From the sequence record OV032902.1: a DNA stretch of 64,000 nucleotides; one strand, given 5' to 3'. The position numbers and the translations under genes were made by a program. This document shows positions 1 through 10,326 of this stretch, in pieces; position 1 is the stretch's first letter, and each line of letters opens with the position of its first letter. Under the pieces are notes generated by a model that saw only the letters and a program-made list of their open reading frames with translations, ran no database searches and was not told the origin of the DNA.

Positions 1-442
1 CCAGCCCAGAAATCATTACCAGCAAGTCTTTGCGTGCATTAGGAGACATCTCCGTAAATGCTAACTTACCGGTTAAAAGTTTATGATGGAAAGCAGTATA
101 GCCTAAATGACTTTCTGTTAACTGCTTTTGAACAGCGGATGTTCCGCCAGGGTTTAGGTTCTCGCCATCTACCCAGAACTCATGATGTGGTGCACCACCT
201 TTATAGTGGCTGACTAGACGATATTGTTTTTCATGGAATGTCGCTTCTAGTTCACGCACGCCGCCTTTCATGAAGTCACTTTTGTCAAGAGGTGCTAACG
301 ATAATGCTCGAAGCAATGATGATTTGCCTGAACCGTTTGTACCTATAATAATTTGTAGCAATGCTTTAGGAGTATAGGTTACTTGCATGGTTCCACAAAA
401 CGTTAGTGGAATGTAACCATACAGATAAAGTTTACTAATCAT
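1..442 (-). CDS. sbcC: SbcC/Rad50-like SMC ATPase, N-terminal part (runs off the window edge; not in ORF track)
   Basis: Manual translation MISKLYLYGYIPLTFCGTMQVTYTPKALLQIIIGTNGSGKSSLLRAL... has a Walker A motif (GTNGSGKS). AAGGGA RBS upstream. Position next to the spike gene matches recalled phiKZ gp165. Confidence 0.85.
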   Translation of the reverse strand, partial: MISKLYLYGYIPLTFCGTMQVTYTPKALLQIIIGTNGSGKSSLLRALSLAPLDKSDFMKGGVRELEATFHEKQYRLVSHYKGGAPHHEFWVDGENLNPGGTSAVQKQLTESHLGYTAFHHKLLTGKLAFTEMSPNARKDLLVMISGL

Positions 443-506
443 TGTCTTAATCCCTTTAAATTCTCTATACGAATTATGTAGGTTATTAAAATAGAAGGAT
501 ATTCCA

Positions 507-1328
507 ATGGGACCTGTAGTCCGAAGGATTTCTCGTGGAGTGGTAGCCGTCAACAAAGAACGTGATAGCGATATCATTTCTGCTTGGCCTATTGACCTCC
601 TACCTGAAATAGATGACGACTTGACCGATGCTCAAGAAGTTGTCGAAATCAAAACAATAGATGACATGGGCAAGCCCGTGTATTACAAATCTAAACGTAG
701 TGCCGTGATGAAGAATCTTAAATGGGGTGGCGAAACAAACCGTGACACTTCTCCTGATGTTCGTCGTGGTGAACGTATTGAGATTTACCAAATCGGTGAT
801 GATGACAGATACTACTGGACTAGTGCTGGTTTAGATGATCACCTACGTCGCCTAGAAACGATTGTGCGCACTTGTAATGCTAACCCTAGCAATGATATCC
901 CTAATGACGATACAAACGTTTATCGTGAAGAATGGAGCGGCCACGACGGACACATTACTCTAGTGACCACACAGGCCAATGGCGAAGCTGCCGCATGGAC
1001 ACGTCAGTACAACTGTACCGACGGTATCTATATCGTAGAAGATGAGAAAGGTAATATCATCTATGTAGATAGTGTGAATACCGACATCATGATTCGCAAT
1101 GCGGAAGGCACATACATCCAAGCCGTAAAAGACACAATCAACATGAAATGTGTTAACTGGAATGTGGATGCCGAAAACATTAAGATTAATTCCAAGCAAA
1201 CTTCGTGGAGCAATAGCGATGGTTGGACTCTCAACACTGGTACGTTTACAGCATCTGCTGGTCAAAGCGCTACCCTCAAAGCTGGCGGAACTGTTACTAT
1301 CAATGGTTCTTCTGTTGCAATTAACTAA
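507..1328 (+). CDS. Baseplate central spike protein (gp5/gp138/VgrG-like)
   Basis: N-terminal OB-like region, then short beta-strand repeats ending VTINGSSVAIN. Upstream of a PAAR gene. Confidence 0.75.
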   Translation: MGPVVRRISRGVVAVNKERDSDIISAWPIDLLPEIDDDLTDAQEVVEIKTIDDMGKPVYYKSKRSAVMKNLKWGGETNRDTSPDVRRGERIEIYQIGDDDRYYWTSAGLDDHLRRLETIVRTCNANPSNDIPNDDTNVYREEWSGHDGHITLVTTQANGEAAAWTRQYNCTDGIYIVEDEKGNIIYVDSVNTDIMIRNAEGTYIQAVKDTINMKCVNWNVDAENIKINSKQTSWSNSDGWTLNTGTFTASAGQSATLKAGGTVTINGSSVAIN

Positions 1329-1337
1329 GGACGAGTC

Positions 1338-1940
1338 ATGGCATTACCAGGAACCGTCACAGCGTCAAGTAACCCATTTATAATCTCTGGTTCTCCCGTC
1401 GAGAATCCTCTCCTATTCCAACTAGCGGAGACTTCTGTAATAGACGACCAATATATCGTCTTTACTGTAGAAGAAGACGCAGGGACCGGAGGAGGGCCTC
1501 CTATGGCAAGATCAGGTGACGGAGACGATGGGGGAGGAGAAACTGGACCACCTGAGTTTCAGTTTACTCCCAAGAGCGTTAAGGTTACTACGAATGTTCC
1601 TACCGGACTAACTATAGAAGAAGACGGCGAGGCTATATTGTCGGGCAAGTATTCTAATGGTTTGTTCGGGGGAGCTACATTACAGTATCTAACCAACGAT
1701 TTAGAAATAGTTACTATTAACTCATGGGACGATTTACCAGAGAGCTATTTCTCTTTACTCAGATTCCAAGATACTTCTGTTCGAAGTGTTATGGCTGAGT
1801 TCACTGTTACCGCTATCATAGAACAGGATGACTTAGGTGAGATTACCGAGATAGTCATGACTGAGACTTGGACACAGGAAGTAACCAATAACTGGGACGC
1901 TGGTAACCAAGCACTAAAGGAGGCTACCGGAAATGGGTAA
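1338..1940 (+). CDS. Acidic hypothetical protein, probably virion/baseplate associated
   Basis: 200 aa with AAGGA RBS and a Gly/Asp-rich linker. Coupled between spike and PAAR genes. Confidence 0.5.
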   Translation: MALPGTVTASSNPFIISGSPVENPLLFQLAETSVIDDQYIVFTVEEDAGTGGGPPMARSGDGDDGGGETGPPEFQFTPKSVKVTTNVPTGLTIEEDGEAILSGKYSNGLFGGATLQYLTNDLEIVTINSWDDLPESYFSLLRFQDTSVRSVMAEFTVTAIIEQDDLGEITEIVMTETWTQEVTNNWDAGNQALKEATGNG

Positions 1941-2235
1941 ACCTGCTGCTATGGGAACACAACCTACCACGGGTCATGGTTGTTATCCTCCAACGACTGT
2001 TACAGGTACGGCTAGTACTGTAAAGATAAACGGTCAATCTGCTATGACACAAGGCGACCCTATGGCTGCTCACTGTAAGGTGTGCGGTAAGTCTCGTCCA
2101 TGTCATGCTTCTTCTGTATCTGCTGGAAGTGGTTCAGTAACTATAGAAGGAAAACCTGCTGCACGTATCGGCGATTCTATTGGCTGTGGTTGTGCTGTTG
2201 CTGGAGCATCATCTAATGTCTTTATAGGCGGATAA
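1933..2235 (+). CDS. PAAR-domain spike tip protein
   Basis: KPAAMG and KPAARIGD repeats, His/Cys metal ligands, C-terminal SSNVFIGG. Confidence 0.9.
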   Translation: MGKPAAMGTQPTTGHGCYPPTTVTGTASTVKINGQSAMTQGDPMAAHCKVCGKSRPCHASSVSAGSGSVTIEGKPAARIGDSIGCGCAVAGASSNVFIGG

Positions 2236-2239
2236 ATAA

Positions 2240-2275
2240 CCCCCTCTCCCGAAAGGGAGAGGAGGTATTATTTTT
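2240..2275. terminator. Intrinsic terminator between convergent genes
   Basis: CCTCTCCC-GAAA-GGGAGAGG hairpin followed by a T-rich tract. Confidence 0.75.
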
Positions 2276-2885
2276 AGCTTAACAAATCTTTCAGACGAAC
2301 AATCTCACCTTCGTACAAATTAATACGTTCACTAAGACGTGCGTTCTTTTCTACTTCTTCGATGTAACGTTGTTCAAAAGAAGGAGTAATATCTAAAGCG
2401 GCCAAGCGAGCTGCTTCGATTTGGTCGTGCTCTGCAAGAGTAACTGTCTGTGTAACAGGATGTACAACAGGACGGATATCAGGAGTAACACCTAAACGCG
2501 CCTTAACGATATCTTTGATTGCAGCTTCTAACTCAACCATAGATGTAGTGGCAGGCAATAATCCTATCTTAACTCCCAGGAAGAATTGACGATAGTCGAC
2601 AATATCCGCACCAGGGGCTTCAAGGATATAAGTAGTAGGGACAAAGACTGTGTCATATCCCTCTGCCATTAACGTAACAATATCAATATTGTTTAGTTTG
2701 TCATTCAGGTAGGTTGATTCATCTAAGCCTACTGGTAAGTAGTAACGTTCGTAAACGTTGACGCCTTGTGCTTCTAAAGAGTTAAAACCATTGATGGCTT
2801 CACAACGATAGACTGCACTTTCATCGATAGTGTACGGAGCTTCTAGACGCCATACACCAGTAGCGTCGATTTCTGGACGAATCAT
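2274..2885 (-). CDS. Hypothetical protein (phiKZ-like conserved, likely virion)
   Basis: 203 aa ORF with AAGGTG RBS and a C-terminal coiled coil. Confidence 0.55.
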   Translation of the reverse strand: MIRPEIDATGVWRLEAPYTIDESAVYRCEAINGFNSLEAQGVNVYERYYLPVGLDESTYLNDKLNNIDIVTLMAEGYDTVFVPTTYILEAPGADIVDYRQFFLGVKIGLLPATTSMVELEAAIKDIVKARLGVTPDIRPVVHPVTQTVTLAEHDQIEAARLAALDITPSFEQRYIEEVEKNARLSERINLYEGEIVRLKDLLS

Positions 2886-2893
2886 AAATCACC

Positions 2894-4174
2894 TTATGGA
2901 CGTACGTAGTCTGCACGGATAAGCATCTTAAACAACATGCCGTCTACTGCCGTCTCCAAGAAGATCTTGTTGTTGATCATGTTCTCGGTTACGTTACCAG
3001 GCAGTACAGTTGCACCAGAGAAGTTCTCAGCTAAAGCCGCTAGAGTTTCAAGTGCCTGAATCGCAGTAATAGTAGTTGCAGAGATGTCGCCCGCTACAGG
3101 GTCATTGATATTAAACAATGCATAGTCAGGATACATTGTTGAGAATAGACGCTCTTCATTAGAGTTACCTAGACCAGCAATAGTCAGCATAGGTAGAGAC
3201 TTATAAAGAAGAACAACTAGTTCGCCTTGCTCTTCCCATTCTGTTTGAGAACGAGTAGAGAAGTTTTCATTACCGATGGCACCTGAGCTACCCAATGCAA
3301 TCATTGGACGGTAGTATGCATCTATAGAAGGACCTGCGCTTACTGCTACTTGGTCCCATAGAGGAATGAACGTAAAGTTGTCCTCTACTTGGATGTCCGG
3401 AAGATATGTCTTCCAGCTATCGATGCTGTTTCCCGAGTTAGTAATCAGGTATTGACGAATCGCTTCTAGGATCACGTCGGTACGCATGGACTCGATACCC
3501 CAACCTAGGACAACCCAGTTTGTGTTGATGGTATTATCGTCCGCATCTTTCCAGCGCAATGTGTAGATACGACGGTGAGACGAAGGAGTTCCATCTAACG
3601 CAGCTTCTTCCATTTGTGCTGTGTCTGCCGCAGATACAGTGTTAAGGATAGAAAGAACGTTATTGTATGAATCACGCAGTGCGGTAACTGGCATGATAGG
3701 TGGAACGATTTCGATTTCGTACTCGTCATAGTTGGCTTCAAAGTAAGCCGTTGCCATGTACAATTTAAGTAGGTAAGTAACACCACCGATTTCAAAGTTA
3801 CACTCAACCTTTTCGATTAGAGTTCTACCAGAAATAGGAACATCACTTTCTACAGTTACGCCAGTCAAATCAGGGAAAGTCGTTTCTAGGAAGTTACGAC
3901 CTGTTGATGAGCCACCGTAATTTTCTGAGATTTGGTGAGCAATGTTTAGAGCACGGTCAACACCAGCAACCGGAACGGCTACTTCTGCATTGTTCTGCTT
4001 ACAGCTGAAAACATTAATAGTTGTGCCAGGATACAGACCAGGGTCAGTATAGACACGAAGATCGCGAGTGTAAGCTTTAGCCCTTGGGGATAGCTCACCA
4101 GCCGGCGATACAGTTCGGCTATTGTTGCTGATCAAATCATTGATTTCAGCAAAAGCGTTGATGATATAAACCAC
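2894..4174 (-). CDS. Putative virion structural protein
   Basis: 426 aa ORF with GGAG RBS, in a structural-gene neighbourhood. Confidence 0.55.
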   Translation of the reverse strand: MVYIINAFAEINDLISNNSRTVSPAGELSPRAKAYTRDLRVYTDPGLYPGTTINVFSCKQNNAEVAVPVAGVDRALNIAHQISENYGGSSTGRNFLETTFPDLTGVTVESDVPISGRTLIEKVECNFEIGGVTYLLKLYMATAYFEANYDEYEIEIVPPIMPVTALRDSYNNVLSILNTVSAADTAQMEEAALDGTPSSHRRIYTLRWKDADDNTINTNWVVLGWGIESMRTDVILEAIRQYLITNSGNSIDSWKTYLPDIQVEDNFTFIPLWDQVAVSAGPSIDAYYRPMIALGSSGAIGNENFSTRSQTEWEEQGELVVLLYKSLPMLTIAGLGNSNEERLFSTMYPDYALFNINDPVAGDISATTITAIQALETLAALAENFSGATVLPGNVTENMINNKIFLETAVDGMLFKMLIRADYVRP

Positions 4175-4271
4175 GACGATATCTCCATGGGTTAGTTAAA
4201 TCTTCTATTTAATTTGACTTCATCATATAAAACAATCCTAGTAAATCCGATAGATTCAAAGGAGAACCCTC

Positions 4272-4706
4272 ATGAAAAAATATTTAACACTAGGTGGGAA
4301 GCTATTTAAATTCTTCAACGCCTTTTATCCATATCGCTTATCACTAGCACTTACTATTTTCTTTACTGGCTTATTTGGCGTCATGACTGCCATGGTAGGC
4401 GAGTACACATTCGGCGAACCTCAAGTACAAAACTCGGAATATGTTTTCACTCTAGAGCAATGTGAGAAACTCATCGAAGAGCAAGTACACGTAGTTCGAC
4501 TAGAAGAACAACAAGCTCAGAAGTATGCACATGACAAAGAAATAGAAGCAAAACAATTGTCAGACGAACTTGAGTCCGCCCAAAAGTTTATTATCGAACA
4601 GCAAGAAATAATTGCCGAGCAAAAACGACAGATTGACTTGCTGATAAAAGAAATAGAGAAAACCAAATCGTCCAACGATGACTTCTGGACACAACTAGGG
4701 AGATGA
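4272..4706 (+). CDS. Inner-membrane spanin (Rz-like)
   Basis: One TM segment (LSLALTIFFTGLFGVMTAMVG) followed by a long coiled coil. Directly upstream of a lipoprotein. Confidence 0.7.
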   Translation: MKKYLTLGGKLFKFFNAFYPYRLSLALTIFFTGLFGVMTAMVGEYTFGEPQVQNSEYVFTLEQCEKLIEEQVHVVRLEEQQAQKYAHDKEIEAKQLSDELESAQKFIIEQQEIIAEQKRQIDLLIKEIEKTKSSNDDFWTQLGR

Positions 4707-4710
4707 CCTC

Positions 4711-5034
4711 ATGAAAGCTTTATTGGTTTTAGCAGCTACGGCTGCACTTGCAGGATGCACTATTAATGTGACGTATCCAGAAGCACCGGTTGCAGAGCAA
4801 CCAATCATTGTAAATGTACCTGACACTACTCCGCAGGTAATCGAAAAAGAAGTCTATAAGACATGCGACAATCGAGCACTAGACAAACTAGTATCGATGC
4901 AGCGTCCAGACGTACGTCCATTCATGGCAGCAAATGATGCAGTTGGTTATACTAACGCACTAGACAAATTTGCTGACGAAGTTACTGAACTTGCATTAGA
5001 AGCCAAGTTCGAACAATTATCTTGCGGAAAGTAA
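4711..5034 (+). CDS. Outer-membrane lipoprotein spanin (Rz1-like)
   Basis: Signal peptide with lipobox LAG|C, a Pro-rich segment and extra Cys residues. Confidence 0.75.
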   Translation: MKALLVLAATAALAGCTINVTYPEAPVAEQPIIVNVPDTTPQVIEKEVYKTCDNRALDKLVSMQRPDVRPFMAANDAVGYTNALDKFADEVTELALEAKFEQLSCGK

Positions 5035-5035
5035 A

Positions 5036-6400
5036 ATGAAACATGCATTAATCTATACCGATGGTGGCGCTACGCGTGACGAAGAAGTTGGTTATTATTC
5101 TGGTTGGGGTATGTGGGGAAAAGCTGACAATAGCGAAGAAGAAGTTCTTATCTATGCGGCTTGTCCTCATGGCGACTCTAACAACCGTGCAGAGATGCGC
5201 GCTTACATTCGTGCACTCAAGTGGATTATGGAAGAAGAGTTTACTTCTGCTCACTTGATTCTCGATAGTAAATATGTTCTTGACCATAAAGACCACGTTC
5301 TTCAATCGTGGAAAGCAAACGGTTGGTTTACCTCTAAAGGTTTGGCGGTTAAGAACAAAGACCTGTGGATGGCTATTGATACCTATCAGGAAATGTGCCG
5401 TGAGAAAGACATCAAACTAACAGACGACTGGGTTAAAGGCCACAGTGATGTTTACGGTAACGAACAAGCTGATGATGGTGCTACCATGGGTACAGCTCTT
5501 GCAAGAAACTCTGATTTCGAAGAACGCAAGATTAACCCTAAAACAAAAGCTGCTATTGAAGCTGCTGAGAAAGAGAAGCGCAAGAAGACTAAAGCACAAG
5601 ACCCGTTTGCATTGTTATGTGGTCGTCGCATTTTCGAAATGATTAATGCTGAACGAATCACTATCAATGACGAGCGTGCTTACATGACTACATCGTTTGA
5701 CGACACAGACCCAATCAAAGGTCGTGGCTTAGGTGTTATGGCAGGTGAGCGATTTGAAGGTCTTGTTGTTCCGTCTGAACCTATCGCTGCTCTTGATGAC
5801 ATCATTGATTACCAAGAAGAGATTCTTACTGATGCGACTATCCGTCCTGTCTTGTTCTATTGGGATAAGATTAAGTCTGCCCAGACGTGGAAGCAGATTG
5901 CTTTAGATGGACGTGGTTGTTTCCTTAAGAAGCGTAACGACTTAGTGTTCCATGATGGCGCTACACCTATTTCGCAATACCTTGATCCACCTCGTCAAGC
6001 TAGACGTTGTGCCGAGCAGATGGCCAAGCGTAAGGAAATCATCGAGAATCTTATTAAGGACCCTGACACTTATAAGCGTCTTGATGTAACTAACTTGTTC
6101 TTCGAAGAAAACAAGAAAGGCAAGTTAACAATCCGTGAAGACATTGCTAAAGTAAAAGCTGTTCAACATAACTGGGATGTTGACGGACGAGTAGCTAAGA
6201 TTATTATGTCTTTCGATTATGAAATCCCTAATCGCAACGCGTTGGCTAAAGCGTTAAAACAAGGTAAAGATATCAAGTGTGAGTTAATCATCACAGAGCA
6301 GACAGAAAATACTTTCCGTTGGCATCTGTTCGTTGGTACTCCGGTTGGCTATGGTTTGTTTGACAATCCAGCAACTAACTTGTACGTCTTACCACATTAA
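5036..6400 (+). CDS. rnhA: Ribonuclease HI with long C-terminal extension
   Basis: IYTDGG, SNNRAEM, LILDSKYV, KNKDLW and WVKGHSDVYGNEQAD motifs. Confidence 0.9.
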   Translation: MKHALIYTDGGATRDEEVGYYSGWGMWGKADNSEEEVLIYAACPHGDSNNRAEMRAYIRALKWIMEEEFTSAHLILDSKYVLDHKDHVLQSWKANGWFTSKGLAVKNKDLWMAIDTYQEMCREKDIKLTDDWVKGHSDVYGNEQADDGATMGTALARNSDFEERKINPKTKAAIEAAEKEKRKKTKAQDPFALLCGRRIFEMINAERITINDERAYMTTSFDDTDPIKGRGLGVMAGERFEGLVVPSEPIAALDDIIDYQEEILTDATIRPVLFYWDKIKSAQTWKQIALDGRGCFLKKRNDLVFHDGATPISQYLDPPRQARRCAEQMAKRKEIIENLIKDPDTYKRLDVTNLFFEENKKGKLTIREDIAKVKAVQHNWDVDGRVAKIIMSFDYEIPNRNALAKALKQGKDIKCELIITEQTENTFRWHLFVGTPVGYGLFDNPATNLYVLPH

Positions 6401-6413
6401 AAAGAAAAGGATA

Positions 6414-6437
6414 CTCTCTGGCCTTCGGGCCAGAGAG
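6414..6437. terminator. Terminator hairpin between convergent genes
   Basis: CTCTCTGGCC-TTCG-GGCCAGAGAG. Confidence 0.75.
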
Positions 6438-6443
6438 ATATTC

Positions 6444-7283
6444 TTATGGTTCAATTTTTCTTAGCTTAACTGCTGTATCATTCCAAGCTGCAATAGTTTG
6501 GTTTGAGTAGAATAGAAGCATAGCAAGGTATTCAGTTTCCTCGGCAATGTTCATCATAGTAACAGCTAATTGTTTCTTAGCGGCAGGAGTAAGATCTTCT
6601 TTCTCGTCTGCTTCGATACGGTCAAGTAGAGTGTCTACTTCTTTAAGAATGAGAACTTCACGTTTCTTGAGGCTATCCAAGTTAACCGTAGCCAATGTTT
6701 CATGAATATGGAAAACTAGCTTTTCAACATCTTGAAGTTGACGGATACTACGGAAAGTCTTTTGGAACTTTACCGTAGCTTGTGCTGCTTCGAGTTCTTC
6801 GATTTTGTCTTCGTTCACATTAACACGCTCAAACTGTTTGCGTGCCTTGACTGCATCAATATGAACAAACTTACGATCAGTGATTGGTTTGTTATGATAA
6901 CCTTCCAATGCAACTGCTCTTTCTAGATACTCTTGGAATGGAGCATATAGACGGAACTCTAAGTTTGAGAATTGTGTGGTTTGCTCTAGCAGCACTTTGC
7001 TATAGCTAATCCAATCGGTCTTAGCAAATGGCGGTTTGTAAACGTTTACGTCGGCCAAAGCAGAAAAGCCCATCTTCTCTAATGTTTTCATATGAGAAGC
7101 AAGTGAAATAGGGTCAGCCATTTCGGCTGTCGTGTGGTTGTTTGTAATCCAGTCAAGAGTTTTCTTGATTGCACCACCCACGCTAATAAAGTATGACTCG
7201 AAACTTGCGTAGCTTTCAGAATCTAGTACGTCTACTAGTTCTTTATGAGCTTTTACGTCGTCGAGTAAAAATTCTAGTGACAT
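6444..7283 (-). CDS. Hypothetical protein, possible head protein
   Basis: 279 aa helical ORF with N-terminal S-x-E motifs (SLE, SFE). Confidence 0.5.
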   Translation of the reverse strand: MSLEFLLDDVKAHKELVDVLDSESYASFESYFISVGGAIKKTLDWITNNHTTAEMADPISLASHMKTLEKMGFSALADVNVYKPPFAKTDWISYSKVLLEQTTQFSNLEFRLYAPFQEYLERAVALEGYHNKPITDRKFVHIDAVKARKQFERVNVNEDKIEELEAAQATVKFQKTFRSIRQLQDVEKLVFHIHETLATVNLDSLKKREVLILKEVDTLLDRIEADEKEDLTPAAKKQLAVTMMNIAEETEYLAMLLFYSNQTIAAWNDTAVKLRKIEP

Positions 7284-7316
7284 GATAATCTCCGGATAAA
7301 ATCATTAGTCATTTAA

Positions 7317-7339
7317 AACACAGTTGTGTAATTTGTTAG
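7317..7339 (+). promoter_or_regulatory. Candidate phage promoter AAC-N10-AATTTGTTAG upstream of uvsX
   Basis: Same AC-N10-AAT spacing as the motifs before the DNA polymerase and the ncRNA cassettes. Confidence 0.45.
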
Positions 7340-7376
7340 TGAAACTACATAATTTGACACAACGAGGAAACATTCA

Positions 7377-8906
7377 ATGTTTACTGCTAAACTTAAAGCA
7401 ATACCAGCTGCAATGTCGCACAAGGTTGCTTATCCAATTCGTGCGCTACGTGATATTCCGACTGGCGAGTTTGTTAAGACTCCGCGTGGCAACTTCGTTA
7501 TGATGGGTGGCTATCATCCAACTAACTCAACCACTGGTCCAGGTAACTGTCACAAGACAGACGAAATCTTCTATGGTCCGATGAAAGTACTGAGTCATAT
7601 CCAAGCCTCTCAGGTTCTTGCTTATGATACAGAAAGCTCTCTAGGCTACCGTCGCTTTGAAGACCGTAAAGGCATGTTCTATGGCCTTGAAGAATTTGAT
7701 TTCTCTATGCAGCAATACCTAGATAACCCACGCTTCATGCTTTGGCAACGTGGTCAAATCGAAGGTGATGAATTCTTCGAAGCTATTAAAGAATATGGAC
7801 GTGAGCGTTCTAAAGATAAGAAGAACATGATTACTCTTCCTATCTGTGACCCTGCGGGCAACCCTATCCGTATCCTTGCTCCATCAATTGTTGTAATCGA
7901 TTCTCTATCTGCGATGTCTGCATCATCTATCCAAGAAAAGATTGTTGACAAGAACGCAGTAGGTGACTCTGGTCAGAACACAGTCTTCATGAAAGACGGT
8001 GCAATGAAAACTCAGCTTATCACACAGCTTCCTGTTTGTACAGCTAAGTACGGCATGCACTTCGCTATGACTGCACACATTGGTGACCATATCCAAATGG
8101 ACCAATATGCACCTAAGCCACTTTCTCTACAGTTCTCTAAGAACGGTACTAAGCAGAAAGGTGTTCCACAGAAGTTCCAGTTCATTAACGACTTCGTTGG
8201 TGAAATCTACAACGCTAAGCCACTTGTACACCCTGTTGACAAGTCGCCTAAGTACCCTTACTCAGAAGCTGACCGTGAGAAAGGTAATGACCTTATCCAA
8301 ATCACAGAAGTTAGCTCACGTAACAAGAACGGCCAGTCCGGTGTTGTTCGTCCTATCATCGTTTCACAGCGTGATGGTATTCTACCGGGCATGACTGAAT
8401 TTGATTACATCAAAGAAACTTGTAAGAAGTGGGGTATCTCTGGTAACAACACTACTTTCCACATGGACCTACGTCCTGATGTTAACATCGGTCGTACTAC
8501 AGTTCAGAAGAAGATTCGTGATGATTGGCGTCTAGATACAGCGATGCGTATCACTGCGGAAATGAACCAGATGCGTCTTCTATGGAAAGACATGGAAGAT
8601 ATTCTTTGTACTCCTGAAGAGCTGTACAACGACATCAAGAACATGGGCTACGATTGGGACATTCTTCTATTCACTCGCTACTGGTGGGTTCCAACAGAAG
8701 AAGAAAAGAACCAAGACTTCAACGAGCTTACTACTTATGACTTGCTAATGATGCGTAAAGGTCTTTACCATCCTTACTGGTTAGAAGATGACAAAGTTAC
8801 TGTTAAGAAAGCATGGCTAACTAATCTTCACAAAGAGAAAGAAAAGTTGGATGACATTGCAGAAGCTGCACCGCATCGTGCTAAGCTACTAGCTCAACTG
8901 AAATAA
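7377..8906 (+). CDS. uvsX: UvsX/RecA-like recombinase
   Basis: P-loop GPGNCHKT, YDTESS, Walker B IVVIDSLS. Next to RNase H, as in phiKZ. Confidence 0.85.
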   Translation: MFTAKLKAIPAAMSHKVAYPIRALRDIPTGEFVKTPRGNFVMMGGYHPTNSTTGPGNCHKTDEIFYGPMKVLSHIQASQVLAYDTESSLGYRRFEDRKGMFYGLEEFDFSMQQYLDNPRFMLWQRGQIEGDEFFEAIKEYGRERSKDKKNMITLPICDPAGNPIRILAPSIVVIDSLSAMSASSIQEKIVDKNAVGDSGQNTVFMKDGAMKTQLITQLPVCTAKYGMHFAMTAHIGDHIQMDQYAPKPLSLQFSKNGTKQKGVPQKFQFINDFVGEIYNAKPLVHPVDKSPKYPYSEADREKGNDLIQITEVSSRNKNGQSGVVRPIIVSQRDGILPGMTEFDYIKETCKKWGISGNNTTFHMDLRPDVNIGRTTVQKKIRDDWRLDTAMRITAEMNQMRLLWKDMEDILCTPEELYNDIKNMGYDWDILLFTRYWWVPTEEEKNQDFNELTTYDLLMMRKGLYHPYWLEDDKVTVKKAWLTNLHKEKEKLDDIAEAAPHRAKLLAQLK

Positions 8907-8942
8907 TATGAGGGCTTCGGCCCTCCTGTCAAGGACATCATT

Positions 8943-9239
8943 ATGAACCTTATCGACGAAACTTCAGTCTGGCTTCAAACTCACATAGATGGCGAAAACA
9001 ACTCTCGCTTTCTGCAAACCACAGCACCATTTAAAGAAGCAGTATGTGCAATGACTATTGATCAACAAAAAGTTTGGTTAGTAGGTTATTGGACTACTCA
9101 GCTTGCTACTGCCGGTGTAGCTAATTCTGCACAAACTGAGCATTACTTACAAGCGGTCTTCTTATCCAATGGTCTTGATGCGTTTATGCGTTTGTTGAAG
9201 AACCAGATTGAGATTCACAATATACCGAGAATCGCATGA
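8943..9239 (+). CDS. Hypothetical protein
   Basis: 98 aa with AAGGA RBS, in an operon. Confidence 0.55.
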   Translation: MNLIDETSVWLQTHIDGENNSRFLQTTAPFKEAVCAMTIDQQKVWLVGYWTTQLATAGVANSAQTEHYLQAVFLSNGLDAFMRLLKNQIEIHNIPRIA

Positions 9240-9919
9240 AGCTATATATGAAAGAAGCAGCAAAACGTTTGTTGCAGCATGTCAAGAACATGCCTAATCC
9301 ACAAGTGAACGTTCCTCTTTATGAGGAACTTCTATCTCGCTGGGGTGAAAAGGAATGGATGCGTTTCTATGAGCGTTGGAAAGACGGTCTAGAATACTTC
9401 CCTATTATCGTAGATAACATGGGCGAAGAACGTATCGATGAACACAAGGTTATGGCTTACGGCAAGAGCATTGGCGTAGAGTACTTCCAACACTGTGTTC
9501 TTACTGACCCTGAAACTGGCGAAGAATACACGACTCCTATCAAGTACCTTGTACTAGACATTCCAGGTCGTCGTCTAATCCAACATATCTCGGACAAGAT
9601 GTCCACTGCTGAACACGATCGCACTGTTGACCATCTAGCTGGCCAGGCTACTGGTGCTTCTAAAGCTGCTTCTGTATCTGCTCCTGAACTTAACGTTATC
9701 CTAGGTAAAAACCTAAAGACACCTGGTGTTGAATTCGTTAAGGTACGTGGCGGTGATGATGCTGCTTATCAAGCTGCACTTCAGCAGATTGAAGAGACGG
9801 GCACTTTCTCTATGGAAGCTGTTACTGCTCTTAACACTCGACCTAAAGCAGTTGATACATTGCACGAACTATTACTTGGTTGTGGTATCGACTCTAACCT
9901 AAAAGGACGTTATGAATAA
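9236..9919 (+). CDS. Virion RNA polymerase beta subunit, C-terminal piece (phiKZ gp149-like)
   Basis: LIQHISDKMST...DHLAGQATGASKA...ELNVIL...EFVKVRGGD resembles the C-terminal beta conserved segments. Synteny with uvsX. Confidence 0.75.
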   Translation: MKLYMKEAAKRLLQHVKNMPNPQVNVPLYEELLSRWGEKEWMRFYERWKDGLEYFPIIVDNMGEERIDEHKVMAYGKSIGVEYFQHCVLTDPETGEEYTTPIKYLVLDIPGRRLIQHISDKMSTAEHDRTVDHLAGQATGASKAASVSAPELNVILGKNLKTPGVEFVKVRGGDDAAYQAALQQIEETGTFSMEAVTALNTRPKAVDTLHELLLGCGIDSNLKGRYE

Positions 9920-10326
9920 TGTTTGGTAAAACAACTGCCAAACCGGAAGAAGTTACTTATCTTGTCATCTTGGGGCGATTAACTCGCCTTGAGATCGACA
10001 AGCTTCTTAAGGAAACTGCTCCGGTTACATGGCGCAATGATTTCAGTAAGCGAACTATGAAGGACCCAGTAAACAAACTGGTGGCTACTAACAAACACAA
10101 AGACTTGATTAACGATATCACAACAAACAAGTTGGACATTCGTTTTCGCAAGCTTCTTTCTACTGTGTTTGGACGCGTCATTCAAAACGAAGAAGAGTAC
10201 ACGCTCTTGCTTACTGGTTTAACATCGGACTCTGCTTTGTTTGGAGGCGATAATCAGGAAAAGGTTATTGAGCGTTATCGCGCATACCCTGAATTAATCG
10301 TTCTAAGGCTCCTGGAGCTATTCTAA
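9919..10326 (+). CDS. Hypothetical protein
   Basis: 135 aa, translationally coupled. Confidence 0.55.
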   Translation: MFGKTTAKPEEVTYLVILGRLTRLEIDKLLKETAPVTWRNDFSKRTMKDPVNKLVATNKHKDLINDITTNKLDIRFRKLLSTVFGRVIQNEEEYTLLLTGLTSDSALFGGDNQEKVIERYRAYPELIVLRLLELF

